64,000 nt of DNA from an uncultured Verrucomicrobiae bacterium (lineage in GTDB: Bacteria; Verrucomicrobiota; Verrucomicrobiia; Chthoniobacterales; UBA10450): assembly GCA_963815455.1 (NCBI GenBank), contig CAWFGO010000001.1, positions 693,258-757,257 of the forward strand, read 5' to 3'. The position numbers and the translations under genes are program-made. The notes beneath the pieces are model-generated. The model did no database searches, had not been told where the DNA came from, and saw only the letters and a program-made list of their open reading frames with translations. This document shows, one piece after another, positions 19,430 to 30,822 of the stretch; within the stretch, counting starts at the first letter, position 1; each line of letters begins with the position of its first letter.

Positions 19430-20531
19430 ATGAACGCGACCGAAGCCTGCATCGCGCTCAATATGCTCCCGACGATGGGGCCGGTGCGGCTACGCAAGCT
19501 GCTGGAGGTTTTCAAGGAACCGCAGCAAGTCCTCAACGCGAAACGGAGCGATCTTCGAAAAGTGGAGGGAATCGGGAACGAAGTCGTCGAGCAAATCTCA
19601 AATTGGGAATCGATTGTCGATCTTGCCGCGGAGCTAAAACGGGTTCGTGATTTTGGCGCGACGGTGATCACGCAAGAATCGCCGTCGTATCCGAAATCGT
19701 TGCGGGAGATTCATGCGCCGCCGATCGTGCTTTACGTTTGGGGCGAACTGGCAGAGCGCGATCACCACGCCATCGGTATCATCGGCTCGCGACGAACAAC
19801 CCATTACGGAACTGAATCGGCGAAAAAATTGGCCTATCAACTTGCCTACGCCGGTTTGACCGTGGTGAGCGGGCTGGCCCGCGGGATCGACACCGCCGCG
19901 CATCAGGGAGCGCTCGCTGCCAAAGGGCGCACCATCGCGGTAATCGGTTCGGGACTGTCGAAGTTGTATCCGCCCGAGAACAGCGTGTTGGCGGAGAAAA
20001 TTCGCGATGGAAACGGCGCGGTTGTTTCCGAATTTTCCATGGAAATTGAGCCGGACCGGCAAACTTTCCCGATGCGGAACCGAATCATTTCCGGGTGGAG
20101 CCACGGCATTCTGGTGGTGGAAGCGGGATTGAACAGCGGCGCGCTGATCACGGCTTCGCAGGCGCTGGAACAGGGCCGGTCCGTTTACGCGGTTCCCGGT
20201 CACATCAACGCGCCCAGTGCGGTCGGATCTAACCGTCTCATCCAGCAAGGCGCAAAGTTGGTCATGGATGCGAGCGACATCCTGGACGACCTGCAAATTC
20301 TACTGCCCGAAACGAAACCATCGCCTGAAGCCGCGGCTGCGCCCTTTGCCGCCGCTTTCGCCAGAGGAACGCCGGGTTTATGACGCGATCGAAGCCAGCG
20401 AGACGCCGATCGATCAAATTGCCGCCAAGTGCGATTTACCAAGCGCGACGGTTTCTTCCACGCTCTTGGGCCTGGAGTTGAAACGATTAATTAAACAATT
20501 GCCCGGAAAATATTTTGTAAAGCTGGGCTAA
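19430..20531 (+). pseudogene. dprA: DNA-processing protein DprA, apparent +1 frame break before the C-terminal winged-helix domain
   Basis: ORF 19430..20383 has the Rossmann-like DprA core (GSRRTTHYG, GLARGIDTAAH, NRIISG). The C-terminal domain (LSPEERRVYDAIEASETPIDQIAAK...) is in ORF 20217..20531. The break is at GCCCTTTG, 20341-20348. Confidence 0.85.
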
Positions 20532-23191
20532 TTGTTTGGCACGCCACCGGCAAGAGCATCGCGCACGGTCGTGAGCAATTTCCCTGCATCATACGGCTTG
20601 GTCAGGAAATTTGTGACGCCGAGCGCCTGCAGATCAAGAACGTGGGCATCCTCGCCTTGGCCCGTCGAGGCAATGAACACTGCATCGGGCTTGATTTTCT
20701 GGGCCGCCTGAATGAATGCCAGGCCCTCCATTTGAGGCAGTGCAAGATCTGTAAGGATGACGTCCACCGAGTTCACCTGCCGGCCGAATATTCCCAAAGC
20801 CTCCCGGCCATCGCTCGCGCAGATTACATCGTAATTGCGCTGCTGCAGAATCGCCTTCGCGACGTGCCGTATGCTCTCTTCGTCGTCCACGATAAGAATG
20901 GTTTCACCCTTCCCTTTGGGAAATTGCCCCAGCGTCTCGGCAGCGCGGCGCGAGTCATTATCGATTTTTGCTGGGAGAAGGATCCTAAAGGTCGTCCCTT
21001 GGCCAACTTCACTCTCGACAGAAATGAAGCCACCGTGGCTCTTCACAATGCCCATCGAAGTGGATAGCCCCAGTCCTGTTCCTTTGCCTATTTCCTTAGT
21101 GGTAAAAAACGGATCGAAGATCTGGTCGATCATCGCCCGGGGCATGCCTTGACCATTGTCTCTCACGCACAAAGCCACGTAAGATCCGGCTTTCGCGCCT
21201 GGGTTCGTCGAAGCATTGGGCTCATCGACTTCACAATTTTCCGCCTCGATGATGATCAAGCCGCCTCCGGGCATGGCGTCCCGCGCATTGACACAAAGGT
21301 TCAGCAATACTTGATGCATTTGAGTCGGATCGGCTTCAATCGACCAAATCTCCTGCGGATAACGGCTTCGGATTTCGATTGACTTGGGAAACGTCTTGCG
21401 GGCGATGTCGATCATCTCCTCGATGAGATGGGTCGGCTTAATCAGAACGCGTTTGCCTTCGATACCCCGAGCGAAGGTGAGCACCTGCTTTACGATATTG
21501 GCTCCGCGCCGGGTACTCTCCTCGATCAGCTTGATCGTAGATTCGTTATCCTCGCCGGGATTTCGCCGCAAGACCTCTGCACACATCAGGATCGGAGTAA
21601 GGATATTGTTGAGGTCATGGGCCACGCCGCTGGCCAGTGTGCCGATGCTCTCCAGGCGCTGAGCCCGTAGCAGTTGCACCTCCAAGTTCTTTTGCTCGGT
21701 GATGTCGGCGCAGATGATCAAGACATAACGGGGCGAGCCGTCGGGATTGCGGACAAGGGTCTCGCGCATGTCACAGATTACTTCCTTGCCGTCCTTGGTC
21801 AGGTGCTTGAGTTCGCCGTGAAATTCATCGCTCGAGACCAAGGTCTCCATTATTTTCTCGACTTGCCCGGGCTCAGCCAGCGTAGTCACATCGCTCCGTC
21901 CGACCCTTTCTTCCGCGCGCCATCCAAACAAACGTTCGGCGCCCTTATTCCAAAACACGATCCGCAAGTCGTCGAAGTTGCGGATAATAATGGCATCGTG
22001 GGCGCGGTCGATGATCTCGGCTTGTTCTCGCAACCGTTGTTCGGCGCTCTTTTGCTCGGTAACGTCGATCGCCGTCACGATGCGGGCGCCTGTTCCGTCC
22101 CACACGATCGGTCCCGAGTAGATCTCAACCAACATCGGCGATCCGTCCTTCTTGAGATAACGAAGCTGCCCGCTGAAGTGAGTCTCCGTTCGCGGCGAAG
22201 TCGCTGGCTCTAGAGCGGGGAGATCCTTCACCGGGCGCAAGTCGTTGATGGTCAAGCGCAGGAATTCGTCGCGTGAATAGGCATATTGAGAAATGGCTGC
22301 CTGGTTAACGGCCAGGATCTGCAAATTTCTGGCGTCGTAAACCCACATGGGGTTTGGATTGGTTTCGAAAAGCAGCCGATATTGTTCCGCCTGTAATTTC
22401 AGGCGCGCGTCCGAGGCAAACTGTTCGGTGATATCCTTGAACGTGACAATCGTGCCGGTAACGCGATTCCGTTCGTCCCGGATCGGCGCGCAGATGTAAT
22501 CGACCCGGAAGGAGCTGCGACCCTTTTGGTAAAAGAGATCGTTGGTCACGCGCCGCGTCGCGCCCTTGGCCATGCATTCGGAAATCGCGGTGTTCTTTTC
22601 GCCGGTGCCGGCCGCCCCAGTGACGCTGTGAATTGCCTTGCCCAGGAGTTCCTCCTGGTTCCAGCCAAGCAACTCGCCCGCTTTGGGATTAGCGAAACTG
22701 ATCTTGCCGTCGAGATCGATTCCGCAAATCCCCTCGCCTGCGGAGTTCAAGATCAGCTGATAATCGCGCCGAAGCCTTTCGAAAGTTGCCTGGGTTCGTT
22801 TGTTTTCCTCGCGAGCCCTTTTTCTTTCGAGCGCGCTTTGGGCGGCCTGGCCCAGGCGCGTCAGTCGATCTTTCAGGAGATAATCCGCCGCGCCGGCCCG
22901 CATCGCTTCGACTGCGGTTTCCTCGCCGATACTGCCCGAAACAATGATGAAGGGAATGTCCGGCTGATATTGATTTGCCAGCTCCAGCGCCCGCATTCCG
23001 CTGAATTGCGGCATGGAATAGTCCGACAAAATGATGTCGATGCTGGGATCGAGATTGGCGATAAATTCCGCCTCCGTCTCAACCCGGCGGCAGTCGGGAA
23101 CAAAACCGGCTCGGCGCAAGTCGCGCAGCATCAATTCAACGTCGGATGGGTTATCCTCGGCAATGAGGACTTTGAGCGGGCTCTTATCCAT
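20528..23191 (-). CDS. Hybrid sensor histidine kinase (REC - PAS x3-4 - HisKA - HATPase - REC)
   Basis: ORF 20528..23254 trimmed to the ATG at 23191 ([17 protein letters not shown]). H-box [12 protein letters not shown] boxes ([19 protein letters not shown]), and a C-terminal receiver (ILIVDDEE...[10 protein letters not shown]). Confidence 0.85.
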   Translation of the reverse strand: MDKSPLKVLIAEDNPSDVELMLRDLRRAGFVPDCRRVETEAEFIANLDPSIDIILSDYSMPQFSGMRALELANQYQPDIPFIIVSGSIGEETAVEAMRAGAADYLLKDRLTRLGQAAQSALERKRAREENKRTQATFERLRRDYQLILNSAGEGICGIDLDGKISFANPKAGELLGWNQEELLGKAIHSVTGAAGTGEKNTAISECMAKGATRRVTNDLFYQKGRSSFRVDYICAPIRDERNRVTGTIVTFKDITEQFASDARLKLQAEQYRLLFETNPNPMWVYDARNLQILAVNQAAISQYAYSRDEFLRLTINDLRPVKDLPALEPATSPRTETHFSGQLRYLKKDGSPMLVEIYSGPIVWDGTGARIVTAIDVTEQKSAEQRLREQAEIIDRAHDAIIIRNFDDLRIVFWNKGAERLFGWRAEERVGRSDVTTLAEPGQVEKIMETLVSSDEFHGELKHLTKDGKEVICDMRETLVRNPDGSPRYVLIICADITEQKNLEVQLLRAQRLESIGTLASGVAHDLNNILTPILMCAEVLRRNPGEDNESTIKLIEESTRRGANIVKQVLTFARGIEGKRVLIKPTHLIEEMIDIARKTFPKSIEIRSRYPQEIWSIEADPTQMHQVLLNLCVNARDAMPGGGLIIIEAENCEVDEPNASTNPGAKAGSYVALCVRDNGQGMPRAMIDQIFDPFFTTKEIGKGTGLGLSTSMGIVKSHGGFISVESEVGQGTTFRILLPAKIDNDSRRAAETLGQFPKGKGETILIVDDEESIRHVAKAILQQRNYDVICASDGREALGIFGRQVNSVDVILTDLALPQMEGLAFIQAAQKIKPDAVFIASTGQGEDAHVLDLQALGVTNFLTKPYDAGKLLTTVRDALAGGVPNN

Positions 23192-23636
23192 CGATTTTGG
23201 GCGGCTGATTGAGCAGAAGCCAATAGAGTCCCAGCTCCCTGACCGCGTCGACAAAACCCTCGAAGTTAACCGGCTTGACCGCGTAACTGTTCACACCCAG
23301 CCGATAGCTTTCGACAATGTCCTTCTGTTCTTTCGAGGAGGTGAGAACGACAACCGGAATGGTCTTGGTCCTCGGGTCGCTCTTGATCTTTTCCAGCACT
23401 TCCAGGCCATCCACCTTTGGCAGTTTTAAATCGAGGAGCACGACCTTGGGGCTGTTCTCGATCTTGCGCGCGGCATACGGTCCGGTGCAAAAAATGTAGT
23501 CGAGCGCCTCGGCGCCATCGCGGGCGACTTGAATACGATTCGCGAGGTTGCTCTTGCGCAGTGCCCGCAGGGTCAATTCGAGATCCTCCGGATTATCTTC
23601 GACGACCAGAATTTCTACGACGTTTTGCTCATTCAT
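23184..23636 (-). CDS. Single-domain response regulator (CheY-like receiver)
   Basis: [14 protein letters not shown]...[11 protein letters not shown]...VVLTSS. Overlaps both neighbouring kinase genes (ATGA at 23633-23636, 8 nt at 23184-23191). Confidence 0.85.
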   Translation of the reverse strand: MNEQNVVEILVVEDNPEDLELTLRALRKSNLANRIQVARDGAEALDYIFCTGPYAARKIENSPKVVLLDLKLPKVDGLEVLEKIKSDPRTKTIPVVVLTSSKEQKDIVESYRLGVNSYAVKPVNFEGFVDAVRELGLYWLLLNQPPKIDG

Positions 23637-26272
23637 GATTGTTTTTCATTTGCCGCCGGCACGGCCGCTTCTATACCGAGCTTGAAATAAAACTTCGCTC
23701 CGCCATCGAGTTCCGCTTCTGCCCACACCCGACCGCCATGTCGATGAACGATTCGCTGGACGATGGCCAGCCCCACACCTGTGCCCTCAAATTCTTCCGC
23801 CCGATGCAATCTTTGAAAAACGCCAAAGAGCTTGTGCGCGTATTGCATGTCGAACCCCACGCCATTGTCGGAAATGAAATAGACGGGCTCGCCGTTTTCC
23901 AAGGTCGATCCAATTTCGACGAGCGCCTTCTCCCGTTTGCGCGTGTACTTATGCGCATTCGAAATCAGATTTATCCAGACCTGCTTCAGCAGGGCGGGGT
24001 CACCATGGCATTGCGGCAGCTCGCCAACGCGCAGGTCGAGGGCCCGATCTCCCTCCTGAGCACGCAACTGGTCGAGGACCTCGCGGACAAGCGTCATCAT
24101 GCTGACCGCTTGCTTATTTAATGGCACCCGGCTCAAGCGCGAGAATGTAAGCAAATCGTCGATCAAAGCTCCCATTCGCTGGGCTCCCTGGCGGATCGTT
24201 TCCAAATATTTCCGGCCCTCCTTTGGCAGCATCTCGCCGTAATCTTCCAATAACGCCTGGGAAAAGCCGTCCACGGCGCGAAGGGGCGACCGCAAATCGT
24301 GCGAAACCGAATAGGAAAACGCTTCCAGTTCCTTGTTGGCTGCTTCCAGCTCGGCCGTGCGCCCAGCCACGCGGTTTTCCAAATCGGCGTTCAATTGATG
24401 AATTTCTTGCTCCGCGCATTTGCGCTCGGTGATGTCGTCAATCGTAACGATCACAATGAACGGTTTCCCGGCGCCATCGTGGACAAAGGTGCCGCCGTAA
24501 TTAAAAACGCGACGCCAATCGGTCCCGAGCCGATGCACCCTCAGTTCCAGGTTCCTGAGATCCTCACCGCGCAAAATCCGGGCCAGAGGCCATTCCTCAA
24601 TACCAAGAACAGTCCCATCGAGCGTGGAGAGCTCGAAGGTATCGACCAAATCCGGAAAGCGCCGGTGATCCTGGGTTTGCTCCGGATAGCCGTGCACTTT
24701 CAGGGCTGCCGGATTCCAGTGGAGCAAATTTCCGTTCAGATCGGATACCACGATTCCCTCATCGAGGTTCTCGACGATGGTTTGCAGCTGTGCCTGGCTC
24801 TCCCGCAGCGCCGTCTCGCTTTGTGCCCGCTCGGCCAAACCGGCGTTGAGTAAGAAGACGGCCAATGTCAAAACCGCCAGAGTGACGAACACGCCGAAAG
24901 GCAGGAGCAAAAATGTGGCAATGGCGGCTGCCTCCACGCCTTTTCGGTCGCTCCCAAGGAGCTTGTATTCCTCGGTTACCATTTCTTTGAGCCGCTCATG
25001 AATTCCGTCCACCAGCCGGATTCCGGCGCCGGTCGCGACCATCTCAGCGGCATTCGACAGACCTTTTTCCCGCCGTGCCTCGATCACTTTTTCCTCCCAC
25101 TCGATTCGTTCTTTCAGTAACGATTCAACTTCGTCGAGACGCCGCTGTTGATCCGGATTCGCGATTGTCGATTTGCGCACCGTATCAAGCCCTTTGGCCA
25201 AGGCCTCTTTAATTTCGGCGCGCTCGCTCAGCAAACGTTCCTCTCCCAAAATAACGTAGAGCCGCTCAGTATTAAGCAACTCCGCCACGCCGGCTTTGCC
25301 TGCTTCAAGCTCCTTCAGAGTCTCCTGGCGATGCGTTACCGAAGCATTCGCCTGCAGCATTTGCACGGCAAAATTGAATGCAACCGCGGTAGTTAACGAA
25401 GCCAACAAAATGCCCGCAATAAACGCCACAGTGGTCACCCGACCCAGCGACCATTCTAATCCTCCTCCGCTTCGGATGAGCGCCAATAGCCCGGCGCCCA
25501 GGATCAGGAAACTTGCCGCCCCGACGATCCCCGAAACCGACATCCCGAGAAAATTCCATTTGGGACCCAGCAATGCTTCCAGGCCGAGTCCCGCCAACGG
25601 CAGGATCCCGACAAGGGCTGAGGCTGCGCCCAGGCCGGCAATAAGAGGAAAGCTCAAGTGACGCGGCATCCTCCGCTCGGATGCGGTCAGGAGCGCACCG
25701 GCCACCAGGACGAAACCAAGTGCGGTGACCGGATTCATCCGTCCCGGCGCCAAGAGCCCGTTCGACGTGACGCCTGGCACCAGCCAGCGATCGATCCCAA
25801 TGTCCCAATTCAGGAAATATTCGCACAGGGTCAATGCGCCCATCGCCAGCACCAGCGCCGACGCACCCCCGGCGAACAGGCGGCCATAGCGAAGGCCACC
25901 GCTATCCTGTTTCCCGGCCGACAACAGAGTTAACGCTACCCCGCAAAGCAGAAAGCCCGCGCCCATGTTCGGCTTCAGCGGCACAACCCCCGGAATGATG
26001 CTCTTCAGGATCTCGATGTTTAGCCACCAGCCAATCAAAACGAAGCTGCCAAGGAGGATCGACAGTATCCCGGCGATCAGGGCAAAAAGTCGAGCCCGCC
26101 GGGCAGGAATAAACCGTTGCCCGGCGGGCAGGACCGACCTCATGTTAGGAGGAATTTCGCTGGGACGATTCGACCAGGGAACACCTGGGTGTAGCCCCGC
26201 TTCACCGCCTGAAAGCCGGGCGGTAAAATTTTGGTCCGGAGCAATGGTCAAACTGGAACAGAATTTGGACAT
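23633..26272 (-). CDS. Sensor histidine kinase (multi-TM N-domain - CHASE3-like - PAS - HisKA - HATPase)
   Basis: Several N-terminal TM helices, a CHASE3-like helical region ([11 protein letters not shown]...[14 protein letters not shown]), a PAS domain, H-box [13 protein letters not shown] and G-box GTGVGLAIV. Start is ATG 26272 or 26143. Confidence 0.8.
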   Translation of the reverse strand: MSKFCSSLTIAPDQNFTARLSGGEAGLHPGVPWSNRPSEIPPNMRSVLPAGQRFIPARRARLFALIAGILSILLGSFVLIGWWLNIEILKSIIPGVVPLKPNMGAGFLLCGVALTLLSAGKQDSGGLRYGRLFAGGASALVLAMGALTLCEYFLNWDIGIDRWLVPGVTSNGLLAPGRMNPVTALGFVLVAGALLTASERRMPRHLSFPLIAGLGAASALVGILPLAGLGLEALLGPKWNFLGMSVSGIVGAASFLILGAGLLALIRSGGGLEWSLGRVTTVAFIAGILLASLTTAVAFNFAVQMLQANASVTHRQETLKELEAGKAGVAELLNTERLYVILGEERLLSERAEIKEALAKGLDTVRKSTIANPDQQRRLDEVESLLKERIEWEEKVIEARREKGLSNAAEMVATGAGIRLVDGIHERLKEMVTEEYKLLGSDRKGVEAAAIATFLLLPFGVFVTLAVLTLAVFLLNAGLAERAQSETALRESQAQLQTIVENLDEGIVVSDLNGNLLHWNPAALKVHGYPEQTQDHRRFPDLVDTFELSTLDGTVLGIEEWPLARILRGEDLRNLELRVHRLGTDWRRVFNYGGTFVHDGAGKPFIVIVTIDDITERKCAEQEIHQLNADLENRVAGRTAELEAANKELEAFSYSVSHDLRSPLRAVDGFSQALLEDYGEMLPKEGRKYLETIRQGAQRMGALIDDLLTFSRLSRVPLNKQAVSMMTLVREVLDQLRAQEGDRALDLRVGELPQCHGDPALLKQVWINLISNAHKYTRKREKALVEIGSTLENGEPVYFISDNGVGFDMQYAHKLFGVFQRLHRAEEFEGTGVGLAIVQRIVHRHGGRVWAEAELDGGAKFYFKLGIEAAVPAANEKQS

Positions 26273-26393
26273 GTTAGGGCTGAGTCAGGGCCCCCTTTTC
26301 GGGAACTCTTGGAGAATCTGTCTGGGTTACGAAAGCATGGCTCGTTCCAGTAGGATTTTAAAAAGGCGTTTGCCACGGTGTTGAACTCCATTT

Positions 26394-26738
26394 ATGTCAC
26401 AGCCCATGGACATATCTCTCAAAGACTTGGAACAAGCCGTCGCGATTCGCCGGCAAATTGATTCTCTCGAACAGCGGTTTCGCTCAATTATCGGTGGCCG
26501 CGCCGGCGCCGCAGCGCCGGCCCGCGTAACCCGAAGAGGCGGGAAACGAAGAGTCTCCGCGGCCACACGAGCCAAGCTCGCGGCGGCGGCGAGAGCGCGA
26601 TGGGCTCGAGCAAAAGGCGGCAAGGGCGCAGCTCGCGGTTCCAGGAAAAAGAGCGGTCTCACTGCCGCTGGCCGGCGCAGGCTTTCTCAACTGATGAAGG
26701 CGCGCTGGGCCGCGCGACGAAGAGCGAAGAGGAGTTAG
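26394..26738 (+). CDS. Hypothetical small Arg/Ala-rich basic protein with a tandem (K)ARWA motif
   Basis: ATG-started 114-aa ORF with two related segments (SAATRAKLAAAARARWARAKG and TAAGRRRLSQLMKARWAARRRAK). High-GC low complexity, so coding status is only moderate. Confidence 0.45.
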   Translation: MSQPMDISLKDLEQAVAIRRQIDSLEQRFRSIIGGRAGAAAPARVTRRGGKRRVSAATRAKLAAAARARWARAKGGKGAARGSRKKSGLTAAGRRRLSQLMKARWAARRRAKRS

Positions 26739-26760
26739 CCTAACCAGGGCCGCAACCCTT

Positions 26761-26805
26761 TTGTCATCCCGCCTGCCCGCCGTGGCGGGAGCACAGCGAT
26801 GACAA
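26761..26805. repeat. Palindromic element between convergent genes (possible terminator; related to family A by its gtcatcc start)
   Basis: ttgtcatc-ccgcctgcccgccgtggcgggagcacagc-gatgacaa. The outer 8-bp arms and inner cccgcc/ggcggg arms can pair. Lies between the stops at 26738 (+) and 26815 (-). Confidence 0.5.
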
Positions 26806-26814
26806 GTCAGGTCG

Positions 26815-29800
26815 TTACAACGCTGCGACTTTTGCCGGCGGCACGGCAATCGCCGGCTGGCCTTTGGACTTGAGCGAGCCGTTCAGGATCGACAACTCTT
26901 TGCCCAGCAGCTGGTCGAAATCCTTGGCGACATCGTCCAATTCTTTTCTCAGAGTATCGATGTAAGCAATTTGATAGTCCGCCGGTTTCCCTTCGTAACT
27001 GAGAAGAGAGCCGTAAAGCTGGTCGGTGTGCTCACGAATTCGCTCCTCGCCCGTGATCGCGCCGCCCTCCGTGGTCGCGACAATCTTCTTGCGGACGCTG
27101 TCGATCTTCTTATCGAACTCGGCAATTGTTTTCCGAAGCGGGTCAGCGTTCTTTAACGCCTTGACCCGCTTGGCCAACTCGCCGCGCACAGACAAGATCC
27201 GGTCCATCAGCGCGCTTTCATCGCCGAACAACACGTGCACTCGCATCGCGGCGTCGTACTGCGCTTTGCGATCGGCTTCGCTAAACTTGGCCCGGCTGTC
27301 CAACCCCACTGTCAATTTTGTTTCCGACGCCTTTCCGTTTTTGGTCAGGCGCACGGTGTAGTCGCCGGGAAGGAGTCGCGGCCCGACAATGCCGGCGAAG
27401 GCAATTTGTGCCGCCGGCGGGACGCGAGGCGGTTTTTCCCGCATGGCCCAGACTACACGGTTCAAACCCGGCCGCTTGCTGGCCGGAAGTTGATCAATCA
27501 CGCGGCCGGACGCGTCCAGGACCTCGAGCTTCAACTTGCCAAAGAGATGCCGGGAACGCTGGTAGTAATTAATCACCGCGCCGTCCGGTGGATTGTTGCC
27601 CACGAATACGGCCTCGCCATTGGCCCAGCCGCCGTTTGCCTCGATGCGCTGTTGCGATGGACGCGCAGAAACAAACGCGGCTTCCTGCGCCAGGAGCTCG
27701 GGGGTCAACGCGCGCCACGGCGTGATGTCGTCGATGATCCATATGCCGCGGCCGTGCGTCGCCAGAACGAGATCGTTATCCCGCGGTTGAATTGCCAGAT
27801 CGCGCACCGCGACCGCGGGAAAATGATTGCCCTTGAACTGAGCCCAGTCTTTTCCGCCGTCGATCGAAACCCAAAGCCCGAATTCGGTGCCGACAAAAAG
27901 TAAATTGGGCGAAACCAGATCTTCCTTGATCACGTGGGCATAACCGCGAACGCTTTTTGCGTCCTGCGCGGTGATCAGCGGCGTCCAGGTCTTGCCGTAA
28001 TCGTTCGTGCGGAAAACGTACGGCGCCATGTCTCCGAAGGTATGTCGATCGAACGCGGCGTAGGCAGTGCCGGCGTCGAAGTTGCTCGCCTGGACCCAGC
28101 TCAGCCAAGAATTTTTCGGCAGACCGGGCACGTTGCCGACCACGTTCGTCCAGGTTTTTCCGCCGTCCCGGGTGAGTTGCAGATTGCCGTCATCTGTCCC
28201 GACCCAGATGAGCGACTTGTCCTTGGGCGACTCGCTGATGGAATAAATCGTCGTGTGCATCTCGGCCGAGGAATTGTCGATGGTCACGCCGCCTGATTGT
28301 TCCTGCTTCTGCTTTTCCGGATCGTTGGTGGTCAGGTCGGGCGAGATTCGTTCCCAGGTCTGACCCTGATCTCGCGACCGGAAGAGAAACTGGGCGCCAA
28401 TGTAGATCGTCCCCTTTTCATTCGGTGAGAGCGCAATCGGCGCATTCCAGTTAAAGCGCAGTTTCTCTTTATAGTTAGGCGTTGGCTTGATTTCGCGCGC
28501 CTCGTGCGTGTGTCGATTGACGCGTCCGATAATTCCACCCTGGTACTCCGCGTAGATGTAGTCCGGATCGGCCGGGTCTTGAAACATCCAGAAGCCGTCG
28601 CCGTTGAACATGTTTTCCCAGCGCGAGTTGGTAATGCCGCCGGGATATTGCGAATCGCCCACCCACGAACTGTTGTCCTGCAAGCCGCCGTAAACATGAT
28701 ACGGATCGTCGTTATCCACGCTCACATGATAAAACTGCGACACCGGGAGATTTTCGGCTTTCCACCATTTGCTCCCGCCGTTGTAAGAATACCAGATCCC
28801 GCCGTCGTCGCCGGAAATGACCGTCTGCGGATTTGTCGGGTCGATCCAGACGTCGTGGACGTCGCCATGGGCGCCTTGGAATCCGCCTACTACCGCAAAG
28901 CTCTTGCCCGCATCCTCGCTCAAGATCAGCGCGCCATCGGGTTTGAACACGCGGTCCGGATTTTTAGGATCGACAGTCAGGTTCGCAAAATAAAATGGGC
29001 GCCACACCATCCAGCTACTCTTGTCGCGTTTGTCCCAGGTCGCGCCGCCGTCGTCGGAAACAAACAGCGCGCTATCGGGCGATTCGACAAAACAGTAAAC
29101 GCGCTTGGCGTTGGATGGGGCGACAGCGATCGCCAGACGGCCATATGGCTTCTTCGGGAAACCCTTGCTGTTCTCGGGAGTAATTTCCGTCCAGGTATTG
29201 CCGCCATCGCCCGAACGAAATAAGCCGCTGGCGGAAGGCTTGTCCGGCCCGTCCCCGCCGGAGCGATACCCCCAGCCTGTCCGCCGAAAATCCCACATGC
29301 AGGCAAACATCACGTCCGGGTTCGCCGGATCGAGAGCGATCGACGTGCACCCGGTGGAAAGATTGCCGCCTTTCAAAACCAGGCTCCAAGTCTTGCCGCC
29401 ATCGGTCGTCTTGTAGAGACCGCGATCGGGCGAATCGCTCCAGAGCGCGCCCGGCACGGCCGCGAATACGGTGTCGCTGTTTTTCGGGCTGACCGCGATT
29501 TTGCCGATGCGCTCCGATTTTTCCAAACCGACATGGGTCCACGTCTCGCCGCCGTCGGTTGACTTATAAATGCCGTCGCCAATCGAAATACTGTTGCGGG
29601 TCCAACATTCGCCGGTCCCGACCCAGACGTTTTTCGAATTGTTTGGATCGAGGGCGATCGCACCGATGGACTGCGCTGTTTGCTCGTCGAACACCGGCCG
29701 GTAACGCGTCCCGCTGTCTTCCGATTTCCAAACACCGCCGCTGGCTGCGCCAACGAAGAGCGTGAGTTTCCCGGAAGGCTCGCGCTTTCCTGCGAGCGCG

Positions 29801-29946
29801 GAGATGCGGCCGCTCATTGCAGCCGAGCCGATATTGCGCGCGCCCAAGCCGGAAATTGTTGAGGAACTAAACGGCGCCTGCTCGGAATGAACAGCAACCG
29901 GTGCGATACTCATTGCGACGGAAACGATCAAGAAAAGAGAGCGCAT
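26815..29946 (-). CDS. Secreted BNR/Asp-box repeat protein (VPS10/sortilin- or GH74-like double beta-propeller)
   Basis: Signal peptide (MRSLFLIVSVAMSIAPVAVHS). At least 8 Asp-boxes: STDGGETWT, TTDGGKTWS, SGDGGNTWT, SDDGGATWD, SRDQGQTWE, TRDGGKTWT, TNDYGKTWT, SIDGGKDWA. Confidence 0.85.
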   Translation of the reverse strand: MRSLFLIVSVAMSIAPVAVHSEQAPFSSSTISGLGARNIGSAAMSGRISALAGKREPSGKLTLFVGAASGGVWKSEDSGTRYRPVFDEQTAQSIGAIALDPNNSKNVWVGTGECWTRNSISIGDGIYKSTDGGETWTHVGLEKSERIGKIAVSPKNSDTVFAAVPGALWSDSPDRGLYKTTDGGKTWSLVLKGGNLSTGCTSIALDPANPDVMFACMWDFRRTGWGYRSGGDGPDKPSASGLFRSGDGGNTWTEITPENSKGFPKKPYGRLAIAVAPSNAKRVYCFVESPDSALFVSDDGGATWDKRDKSSWMVWRPFYFANLTVDPKNPDRVFKPDGALILSEDAGKSFAVVGGFQGAHGDVHDVWIDPTNPQTVISGDDGGIWYSYNGGSKWWKAENLPVSQFYHVSVDNDDPYHVYGGLQDNSSWVGDSQYPGGITNSRWENMFNGDGFWMFQDPADPDYIYAEYQGGIIGRVNRHTHEAREIKPTPNYKEKLRFNWNAPIALSPNEKGTIYIGAQFLFRSRDQGQTWERISPDLTTNDPEKQKQEQSGGVTIDNSSAEMHTTIYSISESPKDKSLIWVGTDDGNLQLTRDGGKTWTNVVGNVPGLPKNSWLSWVQASNFDAGTAYAAFDRHTFGDMAPYVFRTNDYGKTWTPLITAQDAKSVRGYAHVIKEDLVSPNLLFVGTEFGLWVSIDGGKDWAQFKGNHFPAVAVRDLAIQPRDNDLVLATHGRGIWIIDDITPWRALTPELLAQEAAFVSARPSQQRIEANGGWANGEAVFVGNNPPDGAVINYYQRSRHLFGKLKLEVLDASGRVIDQLPASKRPGLNRVVWAMREKPPRVPPAAQIAFAGIVGPRLLPGDYTVRLTKNGKASETKLTVGLDSRAKFSEADRKAQYDAAMRVHVLFGDESALMDRILSVRGELAKRVKALKNADPLRKTIAEFDKKIDSVRKKIVATTEGGAITGEERIREHTDQLYGSLLSYEGKPADYQIAYIDTLRKELDDVAKDFDQLLGKELSILNGSLKSKGQPAIAVPPAKVAAL

Positions 29947-29955
29947 GAGAATAGA

Positions 29956-30723
29956 TTACTTCGAAGACGCGGGAAACCGGAAGATGGCATCGTCAACGGG
30001 CACATTCGCCTCCGCCTTTTCGATGACTACCTTCTGTTTGTCCGTATCGCCCTTTTGGCCGGACTCAATCGAAAATGGAATAAAGACGCCGTTCACTTTT
30101 TCGTAGTCGCCCAGGTCGGTTTCATCCTCCACCTGCGCGCCATGCTTCATTCGCTGGGTCAGGATTCGAATTTCGAGGAAGTGGTCCGGATCGAGATAAA
30201 CAAAACTGACGTCGCCGTTCTTACGCACCACTTTCAATTTATGGGCAAGCGTACCATCGACATCTTCCGTCCCGAGATAGGTGACGGCACTTCCTTTGTT
30301 TTTCCAATCAACCAACGGCCCGTCTATCTCCGCTTCCTCGACCAGTTCCTTCAGATCGTCAGCCGACATTTTTTCCGGATCTCTCCGACCGCGGAACGGC
30401 GAAATGGTCCAAGCCTCCTTGCCGTCGCTGGCCACGATCTGGGTCATCCCCTGAAGAGAAAATTCGTCGCGCACTTCGTCCGGTCGTTTTTTGGTTTGTA
30501 GATAAGCAGCTTCGATCTGCCCCTGATTCAAAAGCATCTTGCCGGTGAGCCGCAGAGATTTCAGGGCGTTTAAGGCCTCGGCGCCACCTTTGGCTTCGAC
30601 ATTCTTCGCGACCAACTCGTCGACCGTGATTGATTTCTGCTCCTGGGAAAAACCGGGCGAGGCGGCGAGGGCGAAGATGGCGCTAAGAAATACGAGGCGT
30701 GAACGCATACGTGAGTTGGGCAT
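29956..30723 (-). CDS. Hypothetical secreted protein (LolA-like/outer-membrane lipoprotein-sorting-like fold suspected)
   Basis: Signal peptide (RLVFLSAIFALAASPGFSQ). Lies 9 nt upstream of the BNR gene on the same strand. The family call is from memory of similar gene pairs and has low certainty. Confidence 0.55.
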   Translation of the reverse strand: MPNSRMRSRLVFLSAIFALAASPGFSQEQKSITVDELVAKNVEAKGGAEALNALKSLRLTGKMLLNQGQIEAAYLQTKKRPDEVRDEFSLQGMTQIVASDGKEAWTISPFRGRRDPEKMSADDLKELVEEAEIDGPLVDWKNKGSAVTYLGTEDVDGTLAHKLKVVRKNGDVSFVYLDPDHFLEIRILTQRMKHGAQVEDETDLGDYEKVNGVFIPFSIESGQKGDTDKQKVVIEKAEANVPVDDAIFRFPASSK

Positions 30724-30822
30724 TACGAGTAGTGGGTCTTTAGATTCCTGTAAACCTGATTGTGTTCACAAGAATATAGATTCGATGCGGGCGCAAATGT
30801 TTTGGATTCAACTACTTTGTAG

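Noticed and set aside
12889-20348. Programmed +1 ribosomal frameshifting as the explanation for the frame breaks
   Set aside because: The breaks occur in unrelated genes with different contexts, and two are -1. There is no stimulatory stop codon or SD-like element as in prfB. The rlmN site (CAT CTC T CTG) is not slippery. Only the shared GCCCTTTG octamer keeps this idea barely alive, so it is listed as a low-interest finding.
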